A stretch of DNA of 64,000 nucleotides from Mustelus asterias. Taxonomy: Eukaryota. The stretch covers positions 25,668,001-25,732,000 of the forward strand of contig NC_135808.1 in the NCBI RefSeq assembly GCF_964213995.1. Direction: 5' to 3'. The translations under genes were made by a program, and so were the position numbers. Below the pieces are notes generated by a model, which searched no databases, was not told the origin of the DNA, and saw only the letters and a program-made list of their open reading frames with translations. Of the stretch, positions 35,035 to 47,093 are shown piece after piece (the first letter of the stretch is position 1; each line of letters opens with the position of its first letter).

Positions 35035-37880
35035 GATTGATCACATGGTGTGAACAGAACAGCCAGTCCTTGTTGGGAGGTATGGAAACAGGCTTTCACA
35101 ATAATTCTGCCGATGGCCAAATGGAGCAGGATGGTCACAATATTGTTATATCGTTTCCTCAGGGTGAGCAAACGATGCAATTGAAAAGTTGGCTGTCCAA
35201 GTTTTCTTATTGAAAGCGCTTCAATAACATTTAGAGCCTTGTAGAAAGAGGATTTCCCATTTCTTGTGTATCGATGCATAAAACAACGCAGAATACTACA
35301 CGTGACGGGTCCCAGGTTCATTGTTGCCTGGATGCACAATGCATATCAAATTGCCAGACATCAGGGACAACAGCTTTTAGTCGGAGATTCAAGAAGATGA
35401 TGAAGAGAAAATAAATGTGGCAATGGAGAGGGAGAGGGCTATGCGGCAGGGCATAGTTTACAATTGGGGGAGAGGTAATTATGATGCAATCAGGCGGGAA
35501 TTAGGAAGCATAGGATGGGAACAAAAATTGTCAGGGAAAGGCACGAATGAAAAGTGGAACTTTTTCAAGGAACAAATACTGCGTGTCCTTGATAAGTATG
35601 TCCCTGCCAGGCAGAGAGGAAATGGCCGAGTGAGGGAAACATGGTTCACAAAAGAGGTCTTGTCAAGAGGAAGAAGGAAGCATATGTAAGGTTGAGAAAA
35701 TAAGGTTCAGTTGGCTCGATGGAGGGTTACAAGTTAGCAAGAAATGAGCTGAAAAAGGGGCTTAGGAGAGCTAGGAGGGGGCATGAGAAGTCCTTGGCGG
35801 GTCGAATCAAGGAAAACCCCAAGGCTTTTTACCCTTATGTGAGGGATAGAAGAATGACCAGGGTGAGGTTGGGGCTGGGCAAGGACGGCAGTGGGAATTT
35901 GTGCATGGAGTCAGAAGAGATAGGAGAGGTGATGAATGAATACTTTTCTTCGGTGTTCACCAAGGAGAGGGGACAAGTTTATGAGGAAGAGAGGGTGTCA
36001 CAGGCTGATAGGCTGGAGGGAAGATGTACTAGCAATTCTGAACAAACTGAAAGTTGATAAGTCCCCTGGGCCTGATGAAATATATCCTAGGAGTCTTTGG
36101 GAGGCAAGGGATGAGATAGCAGAGCCTTTGGCATTGATCTTTGCGTCCTCACTGTCCACAGGGATGGTGTCAGCGGACTGGAGAGTGGCGAATGTTGTTC
36201 CTCTGTTTAAGAAAGGGAATAGAAATGACCCTGGTAATTATAGGCCGGTTTGTCTTACTTCGGTGGTCGGTAAGTTGATGGAAAAGGTCCTCAGGGATAG
36301 GATGTACGACCATTTAGAAAAATGCAGCTTAATCCGGGATAATCAGAACGGATTTGTGAAGGTCAAGTCTTGCCTCACAAATTTGATAGAATTTTTTGAG
36401 GAGGTAACTAAGTATGTAGATGAAGGTAGTGCAGTTGATGTCATATACATGTATTTTAGTAAGGCGTTTGATAAAATCCCCCATGGTCGGCTTATGAAGA
36501 AAGTAAGGATGTGTGGGATAGAGGGAAGTTTGGCCGATTGGATAGGTAACTGGCGATCTAACAGAATGTGGAGATGCCGGTGTTGGACTGGGGTATCTAT
36601 CAGAAGACAGAGGGTGGTGTTGGATGGAAAATTTTCGGACTGGAAACCGGTTACCAGCGGAGTGCCACAGGGATCAGTGCTTGGTCCTCTGCTATTTGTC
36701 ATTTTTATAAATGACTTGGAGGAGGGAGCTGAAGGGTGGATCAGTAAATTTGCTGATGACACCAAGATTGGTGGAGTAGTGGATGAGGTGGAGGGCTGTT
36801 GTAGGCTGCAAAGAGATATAGATAGGATGCAGAGCTGGGCTGAAAGATGGCAAATGGAGTTTAACCCTGACAAAAGCGAGGTGATTCATTTTGGTAGGAC
36901 TAATTTAAATGTGGATTTCAGGGTCAAAGGTAGGGTTCTGAAGAATGTGGAGGAACAGAGAGATCTTGGGGTTCATATCCATAGATCTCTGAAGGTTGCC
37001 ACTCAAGTGGATAGAGCCGTGAAGCAGACCTATAGTGTGTTGGCGTTCATTAACAGGGGGTTTGAGTTTAAGAGCCGTGGGGTTATGCTGCAACTGTACA
37101 GGACCTTGGTGAGACCACATTTGGAATATTGTGTGCAGTTCTGGTCACCTCACTATAAGAAGGATGTGGAGACACTGGAAAGAGTGCAAAGGAGATTTAC
37201 CAGGATGCTGCCTGGTTTGGAGGGTAGGTCTTATGAGGAAATGCTGAGGGAACTTGGGCTTTTCTCTTTGGAGCGGAGGAGGCTGAGAGGAGACTTGATA
37301 GAGTTTATAAGATGATGAGGGGGATAGATAGAGTGAACGTTCAAAGACTATTTCCTCGGGTGAATGGAGTGGTAACTAGGGGGCATAACTATAGGGTTCA
37401 TGGTGGGAGATATAGGAAGGATGTCCGAGGTAGGTTTTTTACTCAGAGAGTGGTTGAGGTGTGGAATGGACTGCCTGCAGTGATAGTGGAGTCAGAAACT
37501 TTAGGAACATTTAAGAAGCTATTGGATAGGCACATGGAGTACTTCGGGATGATAGGGAGGCAATAGCTTGATCTGGGTTTCAGACAAAGCTCGGCACAAC
37601 AACGTGGGCCGAAGGGCCTGTTCTGTGCTGTACTGTTCTATGTTCTATGTTCTATAAACCATTATATTGACCACGGAAGGGAAGTTTAGACAGTCAGATG
37701 TGATGCCAGGTGATAAAGCACAAGTTGGACGGGAGAGTGCAATCAGATAGATTAACGGTTCAAATGATGAATAAGAAAGAATAAACACAATCGAGAGATG
37801 CTATCCTTCCACTTTGCTAATGGAGCGATGTCACTGTGGCAGCTGTTGTGAGCACACTCATAGACATTGCTGAATGAAAT
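35035..37880 (-). pseudogene. Possible degraded P2Y/HCAR-like GPCR, split by the LINE at 35418-37655
   Basis: Antisense pieces in class A order: IVFILSY...LI(A)LPSNLCFITW (TM1-like), IIFLNL/ISD..LLSL (TM2-like), NLGPVTCSILRCFMH (ECL1-TM3-like), FQLHRLLTLRKRYNNIVTILLHLAIGRII (ICL2/TM4-like). Requires several frameshifts. Confidence 0.4.
35418..37655 (+). mobile_element. 5'-truncated CR1/HER1-like LINE
   Basis: ORF 35936..37315 encodes RT ([26 protein letters not shown]). Tail (TTCTATG)n. Confidence 0.96.
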
Positions 37881-39839
37881 ATCTGGTAGGATTCATGAAA
37901 AGAGTGAAAAAGCTTCAAACCGGAATATTGGAGCTTTGTTGAGCAAATTACTGGGTTTTAATAAAGGAGAGACAAAACGGGGCCTCTGATCTCCGTGATT
38001 TTTGTTGAGGCTAGTATTGGACAAGAAGGCTGAAGTTTGACCACAACAAAGCAAACAGGATGGTTATTTTAGGAATAAACTGAGATCGGGGTGGGGGGGG
38101 GGGGGGGGGGCGGGGTGTGTAAACATGCACCTCACGATCGCCTGTCTGGGATGGTAGGCTCGTTCACAGAGTCTGGCGGATCCCAACCTATCCATCGATG
38201 GAGCCTTGAGTCCAGGAGGCTACGTTGTGGGAGATTCGGGATGCCATCGCCCCCGTCGACTGGGTATTTTCTTTTTGTAATTCCTTCCCAACTCAACAGA
38301 GTGTCTCTGAATAACGTGGAAAAGGGGGATTGATTCCCTTTCCTAACAACAGTTGAAATCGGACCAGATGTATGTCATTTGGCATCACGAACTTGCCCCA
38401 CATTTCAATAAAATCAGTGCTGAAGTGATTTGTCTGTTGAACATTGTGGGGAATGTTAAGGGTATTTTTTTTTTACTTTGCACATTCTGTATTACATTAG
38501 GAGGATAAGCACTTGGGCTTCGGGCCTCCTCAGAGTCGCTGTGTCAGTGGTGGAAACATTGAATGTTTAATTTGATGGATAGGTTGTTGATGATACGGGC
38601 TGAGTTGGCATAAAATTATAGAAATTTTCAACATTGAATGAGGTTATGTAGTCCATAGATCAAATTCTGCCGTAAAAGCTATTCATCCTAATCCCACTTT
38701 CCAGCTCACGGTCGTATCCTTGTCGATTATGGCACTCTAATTTCATATCCAAATACTTGTTTAATTAGGAAAACGGTTTCTGTCTCTACATTGCTTTCTG
38801 GCAGTGGGTTCCAGATCCTCGCCGAGTTCTGAGTGAACATTTTCCGCTCAGAACAGTTCTAAACCTCTTAGCGTTTACCCTCCACATATGAACCCTGATT
38901 ATAAAGACTAACTATCGATGCACTCATAATTGTGCACACCTCAATTATGTCTCACCTCATTCTGCTGTGTTGAAAAGAAAAAAAAACAACGACACTTGTC
39001 TGTTGAATCGTTCAACACAACTAAAATTATCTAGTACACGAAACAGTTTCATCAATTTTGTTTCTACTCTCTCTGGGGCTGCCGTATCCTTCCTAAAGCT
39101 GAATGAGCAGAATAGCACATGACGCTCCTATAGCTGAAGTTTTCATTCGGTTTTGCACAGTTGAAGCATAACATCCCAGTTCAGAATAAGAAAGCAAGTA
39201 TCCAGTATGATTGCATTACCTCTTTATATATCTGTTCAGTCACTTCAATGGATCTTAAGTCATGAACTCCTTGATTACAATTTTTATCTACAATTCTTCA
39301 TATCAAACCATTGATTGCGTTTTCAGCTTTCCTCAAACTCATTGCCTCATTGTTTTATGGATTGAACTCCGTTTACAACTGTTCCATTCACATGACTAGT
39401 CCATCGATATCTCACTGCCGTCCAAATCTCTCTTTTCTCTGTCAACCAGACGCCCAATGTTTGAATCATCTTCAAATTCATTGATCGTATCCCTGAAACT
39501 CAGGTCCTAAGCATCGATATGTGTTTGAAACAGCCTGTCCCATGTGCATAAGACAAGTGCCTGACAATGATCATGTCCAACAACGAATAATCTAATCGAC
39601 TACATTTACATTCAATGGCATTGTGATTGCTTATTCCCCACATTGTCAAAATCGCGGGTTAGCGTTGACTAAGAACTGAGCTGGCATGTCGAAAGAACAC
39701 GATAGATTATGGGAATTTTGCAATGTCAAACTCACCGCCTGAATTCGCGAAAGCCTATCAGCAAGGTACAAGTTAGTCTTAGTCTTACATGGGTGGTGGC
39801 CAAATTAGGAGAATCAATCCTAAGAGATAGTATTAACTG

Positions 39840-40410
39840 TCATCTTGCCTCACAAACTTGAATAAATTATTTGAGGAAGTGACAAGAAGGGTTCATGAAG
39901 ACAGTAAAGTGGATGTTGTGTACATTGATTTTAGCAAGGTGTTTCACAAGATCCCACATTGCTGATTGGTCAAAAAATTAAACGTCTTGGGATATAGGAT
40001 ATAGTTGCGAACTGGATCATACGTTGACATAGTAACAGGAAACAAAGAGTAATTGTCGATGGATGTCCTAGTGAATGGAAAGTTGTTTCAAGTAGTGTTA
40101 CACGAGACCTTCACTGTGTTTGTCATATATTAACCATTTTGATGTGAACGTTGGGGGCACAATTGGAAGATTTTGAGACAAGACAAGGAGTGGCCGAGTG
40201 TATAGTGCAGTGAATAGATGGAATCTACTTAAACGATGTTTTAATTTGATTGGGCAGTTCAAAAAACATATTAAATGCTTTCCTTCATTGGCAGAGGTAT
40301 AAAATATAAAAGTAGAGATATAATGTTGGATTGTATAAAACACTGGTGAGGCCCCAAATGGAGTAGTGTGTGCAGTTCTGCCTACCATATTGCAGGAAGA
40401 ACGTAATTGC
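39840..40410 (+). mobile_element. Highly degraded CR1 RT fragment
   Basis: Remnants of SCLTNL..FEEVT, VDVVYIDFSK and YKTLVRP..E...QF with many stops. Confidence 0.65.
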
Positions 40411-40462
40411 TCCGGAGAGCGAGCCGACACAGGGAGAACGTGCAAACGCCACGCAGACAGTT

Positions 40463-40713
40463 GGGGCGGCACGGTGGGTACAATGGTTCGCACTGCTGCC
40501 TTACAGCGCCAGAGACCCGGGTTCAATTTTTGGCTTGTGTCACTGTCTGTGTGGAGACTGCACGTTCTCCTGGTGTCTACGTGGGTTTCCTCCGGGTACT
40601 CCGGTTTCCTCCCACATTCTCAAATACGTGCGACTGTGGCGACGAGGGGAATTGCTCAGTAGCTTCATTGCTGTGTTAATGTAAGGCTTGCTTGTGACTA
40701 ATAAATCAACTTT
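40463..40713 (+). mobile_element. V-SINE variant nested inside an antisense HE1 copy (host pieces 40410-40461 and 40723-40793)
   Basis: GGGGCGGCACGGTGG head, V-domain and alternative tail. The host SINE is the unit-3 counterpart of 16500-16812. Confidence 0.85.
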
Positions 40714-43700
40714 GAAACACTTCAAGGCCAGAATTGAACCTGGGCCCCTGGCTATGAGGCAGCAATGTTAACCACTGAGCCACCATACCTCCCACACTGT
40801 TGCTCTTAATCACCAATTAAAAGAGCAATTGAAATTATTTCAACAATTGGAGATAGTTTGTGATTTTTTTAATTGATTAAAAAATATGCTGCAGAGTAAA
40901 ACTACAAGAATGATGTCCTTGAAGGATATTTTACTCCAGGAGGGAGTATGGCTTCGGTATTCCTACTGTTGTTCAGTCATCCACATGGACCCGTGTTCAG
41001 ACAGGACTGGAAATCTCGAATGCAAATTCTGAAAAAGTGTAAACAGCACTTTTGACCATTGTTTGCTGGATAGATGTGACAGAACAAACATTGATGGGAC
41101 ATTAATCCAAGAGCAGCGAAATGAATTATCCAAAGGCAAGATAGAACCAAGAGCAGCAGTAAGTGAAGACACAGCATTTACGAAGTTAGAAGCTTTAGAG
41201 ACTGGTGAATCTTTGCACGGGGTATAATGTCCCAAACATTGCTAGGCTGGACGTGCAGACAACAGCTAAGTTTCGATGAAGGACAGAAAGATACGGTCAA
41301 CATTTGGAAACACAGTTTGACAAATGTTTGAACGCAGTAATACAAAAGGAGGATAACAGATTGAAGCAGGAGTTGGCCTTTCCATTCCTTGAGTCTTCTT
41401 CACAATTTAACTCCATCGTGGCAGCTCTTCTCTCTCAGTGGAACTTCCCTGCCCTATCTCCACATCTCTTGATGTGTTTCAACATCTTGAAATCCAATGA
41501 TACCTCTGTCGAACATATTCAGTGACTGAACCTAATCTCGTTCTGTTGTCGAGAATCCAAGGATTCAACACCTTCTGAGTGAAGCCATTTCTCCTCATCT
41601 CAATCTTAAATGGCCTTCCTTTAATCATATCAGTATAAGTATCCCTGTTTCTAGACACACCTATCCCCACCACCACCCATCCCCAACCACACCCCAGTCT
41701 GGGGAACATTCTTCCTGCATCTACCATGTCGAATCCTTAAAATTTTCGGGCACCAATGAGATCACCTGTCAATTACGAAATTCAAGAGAATACAGGGCTG
41801 GTCTCGCAATCTCTTCTGATATAACAATCTTGTCACCCATTGATCAGTTTGAAGAACTGTCATTGTATTCAATCTATCGCCAGTGTACCCCTTTCTCTGG
41901 TAAGAAAGCACAACATTCCAGGTGCGGTCTCCCCAAACCTTTATGCAATTGCAGAAAGACAAAAGATACCATCAATGGAGGTTGGGAGGTGATGGCCGAA
42001 TAGTACTACCACGAGACTATTAATCCAGAAACTCAGTTAATGTTCTGGGGACCAGGGTTCGAATCCCACCATAACTGATGGTGGCATTTGAATTCTTGAA
42101 ACCTCAGGCAATTGCAGTAAAAACCCAACTGGTTCACTAATGCTTCTTATGGACAGATGTCTGCCATCCTTACCTGTGTCCGGCTAATATGTGACGCCAG
42201 AGCCACAGTAATGCTGTTGCATCTCAACTGTCTTCTGACATGGCCTAGCAAACCATTCCGTTCACCAGCTCCTTATCAAGAACAAATAGGGATGGGCAAT
42301 AAATTCTATGGATGGGCAATGAAGGCTCATGAATTGTTAAAAATATGCTTTCCCGCGTTCCAGCTTTCAGTGACTCATGATCAAGGACATCCATGGCCAT
42401 TTTTGGTATCAATACTTTCCAATCTCACCCCATTAAGAAATATTCTTCAGTTTTGCGGGGTTTTTTTGTTTCTTAACAAAGTTGATTCCTTCGCATTTTT
42501 CCACATGATATAACATCAGCCATGTTATTATCTATTCACATAGCCTGCCTAAATCACCCAGAAATCTCCTTCCGTCATCTAACTACTAATTCAAACATAG
42601 AAATAATCAATTTCGTCCCTACATTCAAATCATTGTTATATATTTTGAATAGCTGGTGCCCAATCGCTAGTTGTTGCAGTATTCCACCAGTCAGAGTCTA
42701 AAACCTCAGAATTATCCATTTATTCCAACTCTCTGGGCCATAACTTCTGTGGGGTGACACAGGATGTTACGGCCTCGCTCGACCCGAGACTGGAAAATCC
42801 CGCACGAGGTCAACGGACCTTCCCATTGTCCGCCCCTCGCCTGTTCTGATTCACATAGCGGGCTGGTCGGTAGAATTCCGGCATAACAGTCAGATCGACG
42901 TTCCACTCCTTGCTGGTTTTGCACAGTTCTCGAGTAGACTTTAGATGTAGGTGCTGTGAGAAATATGAAGCATGCTCTGTTCCTGAGTCCTTCCAGTATG
43001 TGATAGCAGCGTCGGGGCAAATGAAGCAATCTCATTGTGTACAGCACTGACTGCCACAAACCAGGGAGTTTAAGGATCCAGCTAATTTAAGAAATCAGCG
43101 AAAAAGTAAGAGTGTCAGTTAAGTGCTTGAAATGGGTGGATGGTTGGGCAACCGGCAGTCGGGGATTAGGCATGTAGTTGATTTGGCAGAAATTTAGTGC
43201 AGCGGGTGAGGAGGTCGTAGCATGTTTGGGAGAGTAGCCGGGGTGGGGAAGCCAGGGGGTTAGAAAGGTGGTCAGTGATTTGGGAGGGTGGTCAGCGGCT
43301 TGGGTATGAGGTCGAGGCTGTGGGCTGGATGACAAATATAGTCAGCGAGTGAGGTTGGCCGGAAATCAGAGGTGAGAGACCTCAAGGGATTGGGGTTTGG
43401 TCGGGTCGTCGCAGAGTGGGGAACAAGTGAGGCGTTCATGAAGACCTGCGTTCAGATGGGGAGGCCAGAATAGAAAATAAAAGGAATTAGATCGCAATCC
43501 ATGGTCTATTGGGACCAAATTAATCTCTTGATTATCAAAAGCCACGTGTAATAGGAACTGATGCAATTCATTCAGCCAGGTTGCAGTTCAATAAGATCAT
43601 GGTAGGTATGCTTGCATTTCGATGAACCCCCAATACTTTAAGGTGCCTCATCCCTGATTTCTGGCGAACCCCACTCCCTGACAATATCCGTCATCCAGCC

Positions 43701-44559
43701 GTCGACCGCAAATAATGTTTGATTCTCTTGCCTCAAATGAATCTATCCACCTCCAAAGTAAACAAATATCCAATGCCCCGCCTCCACCTTCTGCTAAACA
43801 AGGATTTCCAGCTTTGTACTCTGAGAGATTTATTTTTGATGCACATAAATTGGTCTGGGAAATTTTAATTTGTTCTTCTGCTTCTATGCAGAGGTCCCTT
43901 AATTTTGATTGAGGTGGGGAGTGTATATTCTGAGAGCTTGAAAGATCCGCAATATATTTCTCTGGCCTTTATTTCTTTGTTTTCTGGTGTGAGCATCGCT
44001 GGCTTGGCCAACATTTAATGCCAATCCTGAATTACCCTTAAGCTGCCATCTTGAGTTGCTTCAGTTGATGTGGTGTTGGTACACCCAGCGTGCTGTTAGG
44101 GTCGGCATTACAGAATTTCCAATCGGGATGCAGAGTGATTGATGGAAGATTAGCATGTGGCAATGTCCCCAGGTACCTGCTTCTTCTCCATGGTAAATGT
44201 CCTTTGTTTTGAAACGGCTGAACACGAAGCCTTGGTGAGTTCATGCCGTGAATTCCGCAGATGGGATACATTGCTTTCACTCAACGTCTGTTGTGAAGAG
44301 AATGGATGGTTAATTTGATGGATGGAGTGTGGATGAAAGGAGTTGTCGTAGAATCATAGAGATTTCGAAAATTGAATGAGACTATTTAACCTCAAGTGCA
44401 TTACACAAGTGTCAGGCAATAGCCATCTCCCACAACAAATAATCTACTCATCTCTCTTTACATTCAATGGCATTACGATCGCTCAAACATCCATAACTGG
44501 GAATTTTGCAGAAAATAACTCATCTCCTGAGTCGCCAAAGCGTCCTAACAAGGTGCAAG

Positions 44560-46027
44560 GCACCTTGATGAAATATGTTGTACAGTTAAATCAGAGTAGA
44601 GACCTCTCAGGGTTAAAATTCCCGGGGAAATATATGCCATTGTGGAATTAACGGTAAGTGACGCTGGAACAGCACTCAGGAAGCTTGACACCATCCAGGT
44701 CAAAGCAGTCGAGTTGATTGACACATCATCAACCACCTCCAATATCCACTCTAACCATGCAAAGCGACAGCAGTGTATACCAGCTGCAAAACGAACTGGA
44801 GCAACCCACCAACTAAAGGTTTCGACAACATCTTCCAAACCCTCGACCTCTATCATTTGGAAGGACAACTGCAGCAGATACCTGGGAACACCACCATCTG
44901 GAACTTCCCCTCCAAGTCACTCACCATGCTAACTTGGAAATATATCAACAGTTCCTTGAATGTTGCTCGGCAATAATCCTGGAATTCCCTCCCCAACAGC
45001 ACGGTGGATGTGATTACACCACATAGCCTGCAGTGGTTCAGGAAGACAGCTCACCACCATTTTCTCATGGACAATGGACAATAGTCAATAAATGCTATTG
45101 CAGCCAGTGATATCCATTTCCGGTGAAAGAATTGAAAAACAGCAAAAACAAGCTTCATGCTCTGGGGAAATCCACTGGAAACGGCTTTGCTGCAGAACAA
45201 TCCATGAAAATGAAACTTGGTTACTTCCTTCCCGCAGATTTTGATTGAACTTGACACATTCCTGTGTATCTCCTGTGGTCCCTACTTTAACACGTCCACC
45301 TGCCCAGCTTAATTCGCTAAAACAAGCCGAGAACAGTCCACATTTCATTATGGGAGTGTTCTTTACTGGCTGAAAATTGTATTTCCGCGATACATTTTAA
45401 TGATTCTGCCAATTATGTGGCGTTTACTTAAGTCCATCCCAGTTAGTATTCGGGTCCTAGAAAACAACTACTATTAGTGCTCCATTGCTTTTGCAATTCT
45501 TACAGGATTATCTACAGATTTGCTCCTCGAGCTGCATCTGGGACACAGAAAGTTCACCCCTGGCTGTGTAGTCCCTGCATTGCTGTTCTTCAGTTCTAGC
45601 CACATAGTCTTCTTTGACGATCCCTCAAGCATGTGACAGTCATAATGATATCTTTCATTAGCACTGCAGCACCAGCCTGCTCTGGAAAACCCCATCTCAC
45701 CTGAAAACTCCAGGTCTGGAAACAAGCTCACACACCTTTTGCTGGTCCGTCAAATTTTCCATCAATCAATATCTGACTAATCCCGCAGCGAATGGAATGG
45801 GAAATATGCTCCTGTTGTGCTGCCATCCCTGTCATTCTTTAAGTGACTGTAAGGGTGTGAGAGCTATTTCGTTGTGCGCCGCTTAGAAAGATGGAGAAGA
45901 TGTAAGAATGAGAGGGTCACTGGATTTTAAATTTAGCACCTTGATGAAATATGTTGTACAGTTAAATCAGAGTAGAGACCTCTCAGGGTTAAAATTTCCG
46001 GGGAAATATATGCCATTGTGGAATTAA
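44560..46027 (+). repeat. 92-bp direct duplication (44560-44651 and 45936-46027)
   Basis: GCACCTTGATGAAATATGTTG...GCCATTGTGGAATTAA, 91/92 identical. Confidence 0.95.
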
Positions 46028-46910
46028 ACTGAAGGGTTGTAGTAGTTTGAGGATGCACTCGAACTATATAACCGTCCCGTCACAATTAAACAGGGCAGCC
46101 ACATCCCAGTGTTCAGTAGAAGAGCCCTGAGGGGACAGATCAAATTTAGAACGTAATTGTTGAATGGACAAGGGGGGAGTAACGTGATCACTGGAACACT
46201 TTGAGATCTAGAGATCGAGCAGATTGCATCTGAATGATTAACACCATTACTGGGAGAATGCCACGTCCAATTTTCATAGTTAATTGATTAATAATAATAT
46301 AAGAAGTTGGAGCGGGTATAAGCAATTCAGCCTCTAGAGTCTGTTCCGCAATTCGATATGATCATGGCTGATCTTGTGTCATCTCAACTCTGCATTCGTG
46401 CCCGTTCTCCTTAACCCTCCAGTCCACGACTAATTAAACATGTTTCTATCTCCTCCACAAATTCATTCAATGTCCCACTACCCACCAACCTCTTAGGCAG
46501 TAAATTCCACAGTTTCAGAAGCTATGAGAGAAGAAATTTTGCTGTACGATACCAGGATGCAGGCCATCAAACCCTGGGGACTTGTCTGCCTTCAATCCCA
46601 TTAGTTTGCTCAGCACCTTTCCTTAGTGATAATGATTGTTTTAGATCCTTCTTTCCTATTACCTCTACACTACCTGTTGCTATTCGGGTGGTACTTCTGT
46701 CCTCCACTGCTCAAACTGAGGCAAAGTACTGATTTGGGGTCTCCACCATTTCTCTGTTCTCCAGACTCATCCTCCGATGGCGTCCCATTCAGTGTTTATG
46801 GCTTTCCAGTGCAATCTCGGGACAAAAATATCACAAGGAGGACGTATCTCCCTAGTTGTCAAAATGTTTGCTCATTTTATTTTAAAAACTAAAGGAAGGC
46901 AAGTCGAACG

Positions 46911-46955
46911 ATGTTGCAACATGAGTGTCCCGATCGTGTTCCCTCAGGGTATAAA
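46911..46955 (+). promoter_or_regulatory. Putative promoter of GPCR copy 3
   Basis: Perfect 12-bp palindrome ATGTTGCAACAT (46911-46922) and TATAAA (46950-46955), 97 nt before ATG 47047. Confidence 0.6.
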
Positions 46956-47046
46956 TTAGTGGTCCTGTGAATGTAATACCTCTGAGCTTTACTTCGAGAG
47001 AGAGATTACCGACAGCACGAGGGGATTGACCATTCGCACATAAAGA

Positions 47047-47093
47047 ATGGAAACATTTCACATAATCAGGATAATATACTGTTGGTGTTCGTG
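47047..47093 (+). pseudogene. Frameshifted exon 1 of GPR139-like copy 3
   Basis: ATG GAA ACA TTT CAC...ATA TAC T|GTT GGT GTT CGT G|GTAAGT is 47 nt versus 64 nt in copies 1 and 2 (17-nt deletion). Splicing to 50649 gives TGT TAA, a 16-aa peptide. Confidence 0.85.

Noticed and set aside
44652-44662. GGTAAGTGAC as an extra receptor exon-1 donor
   Set aside because: The upstream sequence is the 92-bp pasted block and a LINE remnant, with no IYY...VP coding similarity.
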